A DNA stretch of 64,000 bases from an uncultured Chloroflexia bacterium (GTDB taxonomy: Bacteria > Chloroflexota > Ktedonobacteria > Ktedonobacterales > JADMIN01). Below are positions 10,461 to 20,741 of the stretch, piece by piece. A program made the translations under genes and the position numbers. The stretch lies in contig CAWGVQ010000015.1 of the NCBI GenBank assembly GCA_963826075.1, forward strand, positions 42,211-106,210, written 5' to 3'. Numbering within the stretch: the first letter of the stretch is position 1; each line of letters opens with the position of its first letter. Below the pieces are notes generated by a model. It saw only the letters and a list, made by a program, of their open reading frames with translations. It did no database searches and was not told the DNA's origin.

Positions 10461-11102
10461 ATGTCTCAAAATGACGCTAGGCCGCGTGGACGGCCGCGCC
10501 GCTTCGACGAGAGGTACGCGCTGGAAAAGGCGACCCAGGTATTCTGGTCGAAGGGCTACGACGGAGTGACGATCGACGATCTCGTCGCCGGGATGGGCGT
10601 GGGACGGCCGAGCCTGTATTCCGTCTTCGGAGACAAGCGGACGTTGTTCTTGCGCGTCCTTAGGGCGTACGCAGAGACGAAAGGCGCTCTCGCTGCGAAG
10701 GCACTCCTCTCGCCGCGCACTCTTCGCGACTCGCTCGCCGCCTTCCTGAGGCACACCGTAGAAACTGCGACCGCAGAAGGATCCGCTCGGGGATGTCTTC
10801 TCGAGTGCGTCGCGCCGCTTGTGAACGATGCTGAGGTCCAGCAGTTCCTACAGAACGCGGACGCTGGCGCCGTAGGACTCGTGGAAGGTCGTTTCCGGGA
10901 CGCGATCAGCGCGGGCGAAATCCCGTCCGACTTTCCTGTGGACATCCGCGCAAGCCAGCTCATTGATTTTGCTCGTGGCCTTACCATGCGTGCGCGGATA
11001 GGCACGCCGCGCAAGACGCTTCTCAGGGATGCCGAGGAAGCGGCCGACTTGGTGCTCCTGCCGCGGCGTGCAACTACACCAACTCCACGCGCGTCGAGCT
11101 GA
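10461..11102 (+). CDS. TetR/AcrR family regulator (copy 2)
   Basis: Protein identical to 5579-6220. Confidence 0.9.
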   Translation: MSQNDARPRGRPRRFDERYALEKATQVFWSKGYDGVTIDDLVAGMGVGRPSLYSVFGDKRTLFLRVLRAYAETKGALAAKALLSPRTLRDSLAAFLRHTVETATAEGSARGCLLECVAPLVNDAEVQQFLQNADAGAVGLVEGRFRDAISAGEIPSDFPVDIRASQLIDFARGLTMRARIGTPRKTLLRDAEEAADLVLLPRRATTPTPRASS

Positions 11103-11230
11103 CCAACCACGGCACCCAGCTGGTCGGCGTGCACGTCGGCTACGTCGACACCGACATGGCTGCCGAGATGAAGGTCGACAAGGTCGTGCCGGAAGAGGTC
11201 GCCACCGTCACCTGTGACGGCCTGGTAGCG
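11072..11230 (+). pseudogene. SDR C-terminal fragment (copy 2)
   Basis: Same as 6190-6348. Confidence 0.6.
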
Positions 11231-11267
11231 TGCCGCGTCGATTACCGAGGCACGGTCGGCGTCCGTG

Positions 11268-12048
11268 TTACGAGCGGAGGCTCCTTAGGCCGGTGTGAAT
11301 TTCGCTGATCAGGATCTCGGGTTGCTCGAAGGCTGCGACGTGTCCGCCCTTGTTGGCCTCGCCGTAGTGAATCAAGTTGCTGTAGGTATCTTCGATCCAG
11401 CTTCGTGGCAGGCGTGGGATGTCGCGTGGGAACACGGTCACGGCGACCGGCAATGTGAGCTTTGGACCAGCTAGGCTGGCCGATTTGTTCTCCCAGTAGA
11501 TGCGGCCGGACGACGCGGCACTGTTTGTGTACCAGTAGAGGGAGATTGCGTCCAGCATGTCATCGGTGCTAAGCGCGTCCTCGGCGAGCCCGTGGTTGTC
11601 CGTTTTGGATTGGAACTTTTCGTAGATCCAGGCTGCTTGGCCGGACGGAGAGTCCGCCAGAGCAAATCCGACGGTCTCTGGCTTCGTGCCCTGAAGGTTG
11701 TATGAGCCCCCGAGATCGCCAGTGTAGAGGGCGAGGGTGTCCACGGCATGGCGCTCGTCGGGCGACAGCGTGTCGGGTATCTGTGCGGGAAATGCGTATT
11801 GAGTGTTCAAGTGAATCCCAAGAAGACCCTCAGGCCGCATAGCCCCAAGGGTGGAGGTTACGACGGCACCCCAATCACCGCCTTGAGCGGCCCAATGCTT
11901 GTAGCCAAGACGCTTCATGAGTTCCACCCAGGCGCTTGCGATACGTGGAACGGTCTACCCCGTCTCGGTCGGCTTTTGGGAAAACCCGAATCCGGGCAGC
12001 GACGGGACGACGACGTCAAATGAATCTTCGACGTTTCCTCCGAACGCC
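11268..12048 (-). pseudogene. Microsomal-type epoxide hydrolase, N-terminally truncated, with an internal stop
   Basis: AFGGNVEDSFDVVVPSLPGFGFSQKPTETG*TVPRIA...AQGGDWGA...GGHVAAFEQP. TAG at 11955-11957; homology ends exactly at the 95-bp element. Confidence 0.88.
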
Positions 12049-12143
12049 TGTTCTGGCTACTCTCGCCATCTGACCACAAATTGACGGGTTCATCGTGCCC
12101 AACCTCCTCTTTTTATGAGTAGATTCAGTAAGTAGCCAGCACA
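12049..12143. repeat. 95-bp imperfect palindromic element, copy A
   Basis: TGTTCTGGCTACTCTCGCCATCTGACCACAAATTGACGGGTTCATCGTGCCCAACCTCCTCTTTTTATGAGTAGATTCAGTAAGTAGCCAGCACA. Confidence 0.92.
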
Positions 12144-12367
12144 GGGGTTTGTGTTTGGGGTACCTCTCGTTCTCAGCGCTACTCGGTACCGTCATGGCGC
12201 TCGCGACCTCCAGTGCGCCGGACCCATGATCCATACATAGTAAGCTGCGTGTTGTCGTCGGGCGCCTGCACCTGTTCACAACTGCGACTGTAGTAGTAGT
12301 TTATGTTTGGCACACGTAGATAGAACGCGGGCTACAGTAACGTCAGCGTGTACTCTTTGATCGATGA

Positions 12368-12419
12368 GCCCAAAAGGAAGGACGTCTACTTGCGTAAGTG
12401 GATGTCCTTCCCTTTGGGC
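12368..12419. other. Long hairpin (24-bp stem, 4-nt loop) of unknown role
   Basis: GCCCAAAAGGAAGGACGTCTACTT-GCGT-AAGTGGATGTCCTTCCCTTTGGGC; one mismatch and two G-T pairs. Confidence 0.7.
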
Positions 12420-12730
12420 ACTGTGCCGATAACTCCGCTAGCAAGCGAGCGCTACCCACGATCAACACCATACACCTGGTTTAGCTGCTGTCGCTAGCGA
12501 TGGCCGTCACCCGAAACGTGGTGATGCTCAAAAAGCCGCAGCTCCACACAGCTATTCATCTGTAAGAGCAGACAGCCGATAGTATTTGGGCCAGGTACGA
12601 TGTCTGCCAACCGTGCTGTGCCATACTGTGTGCGATCGAGTAATTTATGAAAAACTCAGCCTGGACAGCACTCGGACGGCCATGTTCTGGGCGCAATTGG
12701 AATACGACATTTCCGTAGAATAGAAGCACT

Positions 12731-13056
12731 ATGGACAGTGGCAAGACACGACTGAAGCAGGCTACCACAACTCTTAGAGACCGAGGAGAAATTCTCCTTC
12801 TTCTTCTTGCATAACTGTCGCTCGCTGGTTTGGAACTGCTGATTCTCGCCGAGATTGGTCCAGCAGGGAAAGGGGCCAATGGGTTCCTTGTCGCAGGAGG
12901 TACGCCATTGGGGGCAAGTCTGGCAGCCTTTTTCACCTATCTTACCTCCCGCTATTCTGTATTGGCAGGCTATCGAAAGGGGGCGAACCTTCAGCGCAAG
13001 GACGACTTGTACGGTCCGCTACTGACAGAACTGAACTATCTGCAACATAGCATTTG
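12731..13056 (+). pseudogene. Possible membrane-protein gene remnant
   Basis: MDSGKTRL...LLLLLA*LSLAGLELLILAEIG...LAAFFTYL...LYGPLLTEL has hydrophobic segments and an in-frame TAA; family not recognised. Confidence 0.35.
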
Positions 13057-13248
13057 CGGAAATCTCACGATGAGCATCCGTACCGCTTTTCGTAACGCTT
13101 GCGAGACGGGCAGCGAAGTATACTCCCTGAAGAAGCCCGCACATGGAGACGACATCGTCCTCAACTGCATGTTGGTTCGCCAGATAGCCTTTCGTCTGGA
13201 GCAGGGGCTCCTTTGAGGCGTCGTCCAGCGGCACCACGGGAGGGGCAG

Positions 13249-14529
13249 ATGAACCCGGACCAATTAGGGACACAAGACTCCCGCAGGCACAGACCCTGGC
13301 TCGTCTTGGCCAGGCTGCTCTGGATCGCCATTTTCCTGCTTACGCTTGTGGTCTTCTGTGCCAATCTCCTGGTCAACCGCTACGACCTCCTGGTGGTCGC
13401 CGACACCAGCGTGTGGTTCGCCGTCGGCCTTGTGCTGTTCTGGCGCAAGTCCACCGACCCGACTGTCCTGCTGTTTTCCCTGCTCCTCATCCTCCTGGGA
13501 GGCTTCTACATTCCCCCAGTTCCCTTCGCCTTGCGGCACGATGGCGTCTGGTGGGTTCCCATTGATGTTCTGGGACTGCTGAGCGGGGTGGCACTCAGCT
13601 TGGTGTATACGTTTCCCGATGGGCGCTTTGTCCCTCGATTCACCCGCTGGTTGGTATTGGGATGGATCGCCATCTCCCTGGTACCTGTGCCCATCCCTGG
13701 TGATGTCTATCCCTGGAACTGGTGGTTATTTCCTCCCTATACTCTGCTGCGCCTCGCGTTTAATGGCAGTCTGGCGCTCGCCCTGCTCTACCGCTATCGG
13801 CGGAGTGCCACGCCAGTCCAGCGTCAGCAGATCAAGTGGGTGGTCTTCGCCGGCTCCCTCCTCCTCGGAATCGCGAGTCTGTATCTGCTGGTCTCGTCCG
13901 TCCTGCCCTACTTCTTTCCCGTGCTCGGCCTCTCCCCGCAGCTGGTACACTTCCTCAGAGCGATTGCACTTGAACTCGTGCCCGTCCTCATCCCCCTTTC
14001 CTTCGGCATCGCCCTGCTGCGGTACCGGCTCTGGGATATCGATACGATCATCAACAGGGCGCTGGTGTATGGCTCGCTGACTGGGCTGCTGGGCGCGCTC
14101 TACGCGGGCCTGATCATTGGGCTGGAACATCTGGTGGGGCTGTTCGGCGGGACAGCAGCCCAAAACCCGGTGGTGCTGGTTATCTCCACGCTGGTGATCG
14201 CGGCACTCGTTCTGCCCGTGCGCCGCCGCATCCAGAACCTGATTGATCGGCGCTTCTATCGCAAGAAGTACGATGTGGAGAAGCTGCTCGCCTCCTTCAA
14301 CGCGACACTGCGCCAGGAGGTGGGTCTGGAGCAGATCCGCGAGCGGCTGCTTGCCGTGGTGCAGGAGACGATGCAGCCCGCTCATGTCTCACTGTGGCTG
14401 CAGCAGCCGGAACGGCATCCCGCAGATCTGGCCCATCGGCTGGAACTGCACACTCAGACGCCCGCGAGCCCAAGCCCGATTGAGCAGGGACGCGAGTCCG
14501 CAGTGCCGGGTTTGGATCCCGGCTGGTGA
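13249..14529 (+). CDS. Multi-pass membrane protein resembling the membrane/sensor part of histidine kinases, with no kinase domain
   Basis: FPDGRFVPR, QRQQIKWVV, ALLRYRLWDIDTIINRALVY, RRRIQNLIDRRFYR, VVQETMQPAHVSLWL; about 9-10 hydrophobic helices; GGAGG RBS. Confidence 0.8.
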   Translation: MNPDQLGTQDSRRHRPWLVLARLLWIAIFLLTLVVFCANLLVNRYDLLVVADTSVWFAVGLVLFWRKSTDPTVLLFSLLLILLGGFYIPPVPFALRHDGVWWVPIDVLGLLSGVALSLVYTFPDGRFVPRFTRWLVLGWIAISLVPVPIPGDVYPWNWWLFPPYTLLRLAFNGSLALALLYRYRRSATPVQRQQIKWVVFAGSLLLGIASLYLLVSSVLPYFFPVLGLSPQLVHFLRAIALELVPVLIPLSFGIALLRYRLWDIDTIINRALVYGSLTGLLGALYAGLIIGLEHLVGLFGGTAAQNPVVLVISTLVIAALVLPVRRRIQNLIDRRFYRKKYDVEKLLASFNATLRQEVGLEQIRERLLAVVQETMQPAHVSLWLQQPERHPADLAHRLELHTQTPASPSPIEQGRESAVPGLDPGW

Positions 14530-14601
14530 CGCCCATGGGACTCTGCCCTCCAGGGCAAACGGGTAACGAAATGCCCTCATAGTGCTCCTGACAAGGGAAG
14601 A

Positions 14602-14947
14602 ATGATGGCATCCTGGTGGCAAACAGCGGTTGTAGCGACGGCAGCCAGTGTGGTGGTCTTGATCGGATTAGTTGGCGGCGTGTATTACCTGCTGATGCGC
14701 CGTCCCCTGCCCAAAATCAAGGGCACGCTACACCTACAGCGACTGCACGAATCCGTTGACGTGATGACCGACCGCTATGGCATTCCGCACATCTATGCCA
14801 GGAACGAGGATGACTTGTTCTTTGCCCAGGGCTATGTGCATGCGCAGGAGCGATTGTGGCAGATGGAATTCAACCGGCGCCTTGGCTCTGGGCAGCTCTC
14901 CGAGCTTTTCGGCGCAGTTGCGCTCGACCTTGATCGCATCTGTCGCC
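14602..14947 (+). pseudogene. Penicillin acylase family N-terminal fragment
   Basis: DRYGIPHIYARNEDDLFFAQGYVHAQERLWQMEFNRR; similarity stops after about 115 aa. Confidence 0.88.
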
Positions 14948-14958
14948 AACGGACCTGC

Positions 14959-14973
14959 GAAGTAGCCAGGACA
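14959..14973. repeat. Solo end motif of the 95-bp element
   Basis: GAAGTAGCCAGGACA shares AAGTAGCCAGGACA with the right end of copy B; it lies about 11 bp after the acylase breakpoint. Confidence 0.75.
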
Positions 14974-14988
14974 CCAATCAACCAGTGA

Positions 14989-16380
14989 CTAAACAGCTGC
15001 GCGCACTGCCGCCTCGTCGGCTTGTACAAAGCGAGCGCCCCAAACACCGATGATACCAGCGGCGAGCAAGGCAGGCACACCAAGGATCAAGAAGGCGTAG
15101 CCGGGAGAATTGGCGTGGGTGATGCCGACCGAGTGGAAGAACGGGTTGCCACTGAGGTAATCGCTGAGTGCACCGGAAATGGTTGGAGCAAAGAGATCGC
15201 CGAGGAAATGCGAAAGTAGTAAAGTAAGCCCCACTGAGGCCGCGCGTTTCAGCGGGACTACCACATCCTGTGTGACTGCACTCAATGGTCCGGTATTGAC
15301 TTGCAACAGTGCCACGGTAACGATAAAGAGAGGAGTGAAGATGCCAAACACACGCACGTTGGGAGAAAGGCCTAGGGGCAGTATGACGGAGAGCACCGAT
15401 GCCACGAAAAGCGGCACTGCTATGAGGAAGCTCCAGCCACTGACCAACACCCGCGCGCCGGGGTAACGGGAGATGATGGCATCGGCAACGGCACCGCCTG
15501 CCAGTAATCCGGCAATGCCGCCGATCACAGCACCAACGCCTACCAGAGTCGTCGGCGATACCGCCAGGTTCGGGAATTCTCGAACAAAGAGTGGGACGAT
15601 AAAGACCAAGGTAGCGCCGAATACGAAGGAACTGAGTGCCTGCATGGCAATAACCACGCGCAGCGTCGGAACCTTCCACAGCTCCACGATATTGCGCCAA
15701 ATGCCACGCAAACCGGCGCGCGCCAATACCGTTTCGACACTAGCGTCATCTTCAGACTGACGCGGCGGCTCCTTGCAAAGAAATATCAACAGCGCCAGAA
15801 GCAACCCAGGAATGGCAAAGACATAGAAAATCGGACGCCACTGGTGACCAAAGACGTCGTAGAGCACTCCCGCACCGACAAATCCAACTGCCAACCCCAC
15901 CAGCAAACCAGTATTCCAGCGGCTCATGACCTTCGCACGGTCTTTGCCGGGATAGCTCGATGCCAGCATGGAGGTACTGGCGGGGAAATAACTGCCTTCG
16001 CCGAGACCGAGAGCTGCGCGGGTGGCAAAGATGAGGCCGTAACTGCTTGCCAGCGCGGTGAAAGCCGTCACAATGCTCCAAAAGGTGATACCCCAGCCCA
16101 CCACCGTCTTGCGCTTGATGCGATCCGCCAGTAATCCCAGGGGCAGAACACTCACGGTATACACAAACAGAAAGGAGGTTGCCAACAAGCCATACTCGGT
16201 GTCGGAGAGGCCGAATTCGATCTGCACATGGTCGCCGATCGCTAAGAATGCGTAGCGATCGGCATAGTTGACGAAGTTGGCCAACCACAGCAACCAGAAT
16301 ATATAGGCCGCATACTGGCGGCTGAGCGGTCTGGACACACCTTCAGTGGGAGCCCGAGACGATTCGACTACCTGGCTCAC
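14989..16380 (-). CDS. MFS transporter (spinster-like)
   Basis: NYADR, GLLADRIKRK (motif A), RAALGLGEG; 12 TM pattern; AAGGAG RBS before GTG 16380. Confidence 0.9.
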   Translation of the reverse strand: MSQVVESSRAPTEGVSRPLSRQYAAYIFWLLWLANFVNYADRYAFLAIGDHVQIEFGLSDTEYGLLATSFLFVYTVSVLPLGLLADRIKRKTVVGWGITFWSIVTAFTALASSYGLIFATRAALGLGEGSYFPASTSMLASSYPGKDRAKVMSRWNTGLLVGLAVGFVGAGVLYDVFGHQWRPIFYVFAIPGLLLALLIFLCKEPPRQSEDDASVETVLARAGLRGIWRNIVELWKVPTLRVVIAMQALSSFVFGATLVFIVPLFVREFPNLAVSPTTLVGVGAVIGGIAGLLAGGAVADAIISRYPGARVLVSGWSFLIAVPLFVASVLSVILPLGLSPNVRVFGIFTPLFIVTVALLQVNTGPLSAVTQDVVVPLKRAASVGLTLLLSHFLGDLFAPTISGALSDYLSGNPFFHSVGITHANSPGYAFLILGVPALLAAGIIGVWGARFVQADEAAVRAAV

Positions 16381-16636
16381 GAGGTTCTCCTTGGCGGGTA
16401 GCCAGTTACTGCCCACTTTCAAAATGACAAGAAATCATGCCAGCTGTGCCGCAAGGTAATCGCCGGCAGTGCTTGACCGTCAGCGCCTGGGCTGTAGTGC
16501 TGATCCAGTGAATAGCCGGTATCCAGAGTCCCGTCGCGCAGGTCCTGATGCAAGCGCGTGTAGGACTCGCCATGTGCCGATAGTCCACCAGTGAGATCGG
16601 CAAAGTAGGAGGTGTTCAGTGAACACAGATGACCTC

Positions 16637-18097
16637 CTACCCCAGCGGCACTTGTGTAGGATTTTCAGAGGCCGTCGAGAAGGTGCTTGATAGCGCACTC
16701 GGGGCTAGAACACGATACTGCCCCATGCTCCCCCCTTCCCAGAGGCAGAGGCTGGCGTGAGAAGGCCCTCCGTTTGCGGCCTGAATGAGCGCAAAGGTGC
16801 ATCGCGGCGGCACATCCCGCAACGGGACATGTGCCCTCGTCGGCTTACGGAGCCACGCCACGACCTCTGGCGTCACTTCTTCTGGCCGTGGCAGTGCCAG
16901 CCGAGACAGCCAGCTCCCCGTATTCAGGTACATCTGCTCTGGCGCCTTCCCGCTGTTGAACGAATCAAGGCGCACCTTATGGGTATGCCCTGCCAGCGCA
17001 TAACGCAGCGAGTGATCGCTTTTCAAGATCGGGTGCATCCCGGCGGCAACACTGTCCCCTGGCGTCGCAGAAGGCGCGCAGATCTTCCGAATCGACCTGG
17101 TTTGGTCCTTGGTGTGGCTTCCCCTGCTCACGGCTTGGTAGAGCAAGGCAACTTCCAGCAGCGTCTGCATCCGCGCCTGCAGTGAGGTTCTTTCTCCTAA
17201 AGGGTTCTTCCACTCTGGTGAACGCGCTGCTGCCTCCCGCTGAAAGGCCAGCAGGAGTTGAATCCCCTGGAGAAATAAGGTGACCGGTTTCTCTTCCTGG
17301 TTTGGACGTAGCTCGAGCAGCCTTCTGGCGGGCTGACTCTGCGCCCCGGTGGCCAGGATTTCCTGCAAATGCTGTATGTACTCCACGACAATCGGCGGAT
17401 CCAACAGGCACATCAGCGCCAACTGTCGTGGAAAACTCAGTGGAGGATCAAAGAGGATCAAGTACATGTAGCGTGCCAGAACGGGGTGGCCCGCGTGCTG
17501 AGCGTAGAGCGTATCCATCGGCAACGTGATTGTCTCTGGATAGCCTGTTCTCACGTGGCCCGACGCATCCCAGAAGTTGCTCCGATCATGATTCCAGAAG
17601 TCATAGGCATTGCCATGCTCAATATAGACATCCGGCAGTGGTCGATAGCTGCGCGAGGGGTAGAAACACACCCGTTCGTCGCCTGGCAACAGGCCCAACG
17701 CCTCCATGATTCCGGCCCGCACCTCCGCGAACCAGAGCTCCACATCATGATTGCCTGTCATGAAGGTAACATGCCGTCCGGGCTGGCTCACAAACGCGTG
17801 TAACGTCTGGAAGAATAGAGGATGCGCCGTCGTTATGTTCCGCAGTTTCTCTACCGCCAGACTGGCGTCCATCACCCCACCACTGCCGTACGGCGCCACC
17901 ATGAGAAAGTCGAAGCCATCTCCGTTGATGATCAACTCCACGTCATTAGCGTCTCCCAGCGGGCTCCCACTGTTCCCGCTCACCGCCGCCAGCAACCCTT
18001 CCAACGCCGCTTGTTGTCGCTCTCCAAACCCGTCAAGCAGTGGATCGCCATCCCCAACGTGAAGGTCACTCACAACCAGCTTGATTGTTTTCATCAT
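16637..18097 (-). CDS. Calcineurin-like metallophosphoesterase
   Basis: SDLH, NGDGFD, GNHD, EHG, GHTH, NTGSW motifs. Confidence 0.88.
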   Translation of the reverse strand: MMKTIKLVVSDLHVGDGDPLLDGFGERQQAALEGLLAAVSGNSGSPLGDANDVELIINGDGFDFLMVAPYGSGGVMDASLAVEKLRNITTAHPLFFQTLHAFVSQPGRHVTFMTGNHDVELWFAEVRAGIMEALGLLPGDERVCFYPSRSYRPLPDVYIEHGNAYDFWNHDRSNFWDASGHVRTGYPETITLPMDTLYAQHAGHPVLARYMYLILFDPPLSFPRQLALMCLLDPPIVVEYIQHLQEILATGAQSQPARRLLELRPNQEEKPVTLFLQGIQLLLAFQREAAARSPEWKNPLGERTSLQARMQTLLEVALLYQAVSRGSHTKDQTRSIRKICAPSATPGDSVAAGMHPILKSDHSLRYALAGHTHKVRLDSFNSGKAPEQMYLNTGSWLSRLALPRPEEVTPEVVAWLRKPTRAHVPLRDVPPRCTFALIQAANGGPSHASLCLWEGGSMGQYRVLAPSALSSTFSTASENPTQVPLG

Positions 18098-18110
18098 GAC
18101 TCTTCTTTTC

Positions 18111-18701
18111 TCAGTCGCCAGCGCGACAGAGCACAAACCAGGCATCGAGGGGGTGTCCCTCACGGATGACACGTCCAACGATCACATGCCGACTCACCCC
18201 TCGCACGGTGTCCCGGGTCCCGTAGTAGACGAAGCGGCTCAGGCGCTCCGAGTTGGGCCGGATCTTCGGCCATGCCGCCAGCTTGGACGGCGGAACGATT
18301 GTATAGTCAAATATCACCTCCTGGAGGCCCGCCGAATGGACGATAAAGTAGCCGGGACCGATGACCGCGCTGAGAGGGTGCTCGTTGTAGCCCCACAGCT
18401 CGTTCGTGGGGGCGTTGGGCCGGCAGAACCGCTTTGCAAAGGTGTGGAGTGCCGACAGGGAGTTGCGCCCGTAGTGCACCACCTCGCGAAGAGGTGGCGT
18501 CCCCTCCGGCACGAAGTGGGTCAGATCGATGGGGCGTGCGCCCGTCGCCTCGAAGAGCTTCGCTTGCTCATGCTTACCCAACGTCCGGACCTCGCGGAGG
18601 CGAGCGGACGCGTCGAGGTGGTCAAGATACTCCGCCAGACCGACCACATCCACCGCTGGGTCCGCCAGGTAGGTGTGGATGCTCGTCGAGTGTGTGATCA
18701 T
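18111..18701 (-). CDS. Hypothetical protein in an operon with the GMC oxidoreductase
   Basis: 196-aa ORF with GGAG RBS, tightly spaced between two co-oriented genes. Confidence 0.75.
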   Translation of the reverse strand: MITHSTSIHTYLADPAVDVVGLAEYLDHLDASARLREVRTLGKHEQAKLFEATGARPIDLTHFVPEGTPPLREVVHYGRNSLSALHTFAKRFCRPNAPTNELWGYNEHPLSAVIGPGYFIVHSAGLQEVIFDYTIVPPSKLAAWPKIRPNSERLSRFVYYGTRDTVRGVSRHVIVGRVIREGHPLDAWFVLCRAGD

Positions 18702-18720
18702 CTGTTCAGCTCCTTGGTTA

Positions 18721-20331
18721 CTAGATGTATCGGCGATCGTCGGCTTTGATGAGGTCAGCGGCTCGCTCCGCGATCATGATGGTAGGAACATTGGTATTCC
18801 CTCTAGGAATAGTTGGCATGATCGAAGCATCCACCACGCGCACGCGGCGCAGGCCATGAACGCAGAGCCGCGCGTCTACTACCGTCATCGTGTCCCGCTC
18901 CGGTCCCATCTTGAGCGAGCCGACGGGATGATCGCCGTTTTCTGCATACGCGCGGGTCCACCCCAGAAGATCCTCTTCGCTCTGGGCCTGTGGACCGGGA
19001 TACCGTTCCGCCTGGCGCAACGTAGCCAGCGGTGGTCTGTCGGTGATCTCTCGCACCAGCCGCACGCCTCGCAGCAGTGCCGCACGGTCATCCGCATGGG
19101 CCAGGTAGTTGGGCTGAATGCGTGGCGCATCCAGTGGATCGTTTGAGCGCAAGCTGATGCTGCCGCGACTCTGTGGGCAGAGGAGGAGAGTGACCAGGAT
19201 GAAGCCGTGCCCCTTGAGGCGGGTCAAACCGTGGTCGAGCGCCCAGACCGGGATGAAAGTGAACTGGAGGTCGGAGGTAGGCAGTTCGGGCAACGATCTC
19301 ACAAAGCCGCCTGCCTCCACGACATTTGAGGTGAGGGGTCCATGATGCCACAGCGCATAGCGCAGGAGGTTGCCCGGCAGGCGCCATGGCGTCAGCGCTC
19401 GGTTGAGACTGACCGGACGTGAACAGGAACAGATCACTCCCATGGCCACATGGTCTTGCAGATTCGCTCCGACACCGGGAAGGTCGCGCACCACCGGAAT
19501 GCCCAGTGCTCGCAGATGTTCCGCCGGACCTATTCCGGAGAGCATGAGCAACTGAGGGGAGTGGATTGCCCCGCAACATAACAGGACGCCGCGCCTGGCA
19601 CGGACCTCCTGGATCTGTCCAGGCTCTCGGTGCTGCTGCAGATACGCCACGCCGACGACTTGATTGCCTTCAATCAGCAATCGTGTGACCCGAGCACCGG
19701 TGATCGTGGTGAGATTGCGGCGGTGCTGGGCAGGCTTCAGGTAGGCATCGGCGGCGCTGTGGCGTTTCCCACCCTTTTGCGTGACTTGAAATATCCCGAC
19801 ACCTTCCTGTGTCACCCCGTTGAAATCGTCGTTGCGCGCGTAGCCCGCGGCAGCGGCGGCGTCGATGAAGGCGCGCGTGAGCGGATTGACGCAGCGCAAA
19901 TCTGCCACGTTGAGCGGTCCGCCGACCCCATGGTACTCGGACTCACCGCGCTCATAGTGCTCCAGCCTCTTGAAATACGGCAACACCTCACTGTAACTCC
20001 AACCTGAGCTGCCGAGTGATGCCCAGTGGTCATAGTCCTGTGGAGCGCCGCGCATGTAGATCATCGAGTTGATGGTGCTCGACCCGCCCAGGCCCTTCCC
20101 GCGCCCAAAATACAGGCGGCGATCGTTCAGATGGGGCTGAGGCTCGGTCTCGAGCGCCCAGTCAAATGCACTCTTATACAGGAGGCTAGCAGTCGCGGGG
20201 ATGCGAATGAAAGGGGAGCGGTCCAGCTGACCGGCTTCGAGCAGGAGCACACTGACGCGTGCATCTTCACTCAGCCGATTGGCCAGGACGCAGCCTGCGG
20301 ATCCAGCGCCGACGATGATGTAGTCGTGCAT
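18721..20331 (-). CDS. GMC family oxidoreductase (choline dehydrogenase-like)
   Basis: DYIIVGAGSAGCVLANRLSE, GKGLGGSSTIN, GANLQDH, VVDASIMP...GNTN. Confidence 0.95.
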   Translation of the reverse strand: MHDYIIVGAGSAGCVLANRLSEDARVSVLLLEAGQLDRSPFIRIPATASLLYKSAFDWALETEPQPHLNDRRLYFGRGKGLGGSSTINSMIYMRGAPQDYDHWASLGSSGWSYSEVLPYFKRLEHYERGESEYHGVGGPLNVADLRCVNPLTRAFIDAAAAAGYARNDDFNGVTQEGVGIFQVTQKGGKRHSAADAYLKPAQHRRNLTTITGARVTRLLIEGNQVVGVAYLQQHREPGQIQEVRARRGVLLCCGAIHSPQLLMLSGIGPAEHLRALGIPVVRDLPGVGANLQDHVAMGVICSCSRPVSLNRALTPWRLPGNLLRYALWHHGPLTSNVVEAGGFVRSLPELPTSDLQFTFIPVWALDHGLTRLKGHGFILVTLLLCPQSRGSISLRSNDPLDAPRIQPNYLAHADDRAALLRGVRLVREITDRPPLATLRQAERYPGPQAQSEEDLLGWTRAYAENGDHPVGSLKMGPERDTMTVVDARLCVHGLRRVRVVDASIMPTIPRGNTNVPTIMIAERAADLIKADDRRYI

Positions 20332-20695
20332 GTACGCGCCTCTCTTTTGCGGCTAACCCGCGTTGCAGCGCTCATCAAGCCCAGACGTACGCGAAACGGA
20401 GAGTAGTCGCTGGTCCCGTAGAAAAGAATCAATATTTTACGATACTTGTCGGCCAATGTGCACAACGTCGAGAGTGCCAAATTTTTGGGCAACCCAGCCA
20501 TCGTACCCTTGCGCATCACCAGCTATCACATGAATGATACTTACCTGGCGTCCTTGCATCGTTACGAGCGGCGTTACGATGTGCCCGATCCAGATGGTCG
20601 GCGGAACACACTTGAGCACCCGATCGCAGTGGTGCCATTTCTGCCCGCAGGTGTGGGGATGGTCGGCCTGGTCTACAGCGACTTCCCGCGTCCGC

Positions 20696-20737
20696 GTCCA
20701 GGGCGGCGTAGACTCGCCCGTCTACGCCGCCCTGGAC
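20696..20737. repeat. Perfect 18-bp inverted repeat with 6-nt spacer
   Basis: GTCCAGGGCGGCGTAGAC-TCGCCC-GTCTACGCCGCCCTGGAC. Confidence 0.9.
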
Positions 20738-20741
20738 AGCG

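Larger units (their letters stand above)
1919..11685. repeat. Tandem direct duplication of about 4.88 kb (1919-6803 and 6804-11685)
   Basis: Same ORFs at offsets 4885/4883/4882. Junction ...CTCTGGCTTC|TGGCCGTGTACG. Three 1-bp deletions and at least three substitutions in copy 2. Confidence 0.97.
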
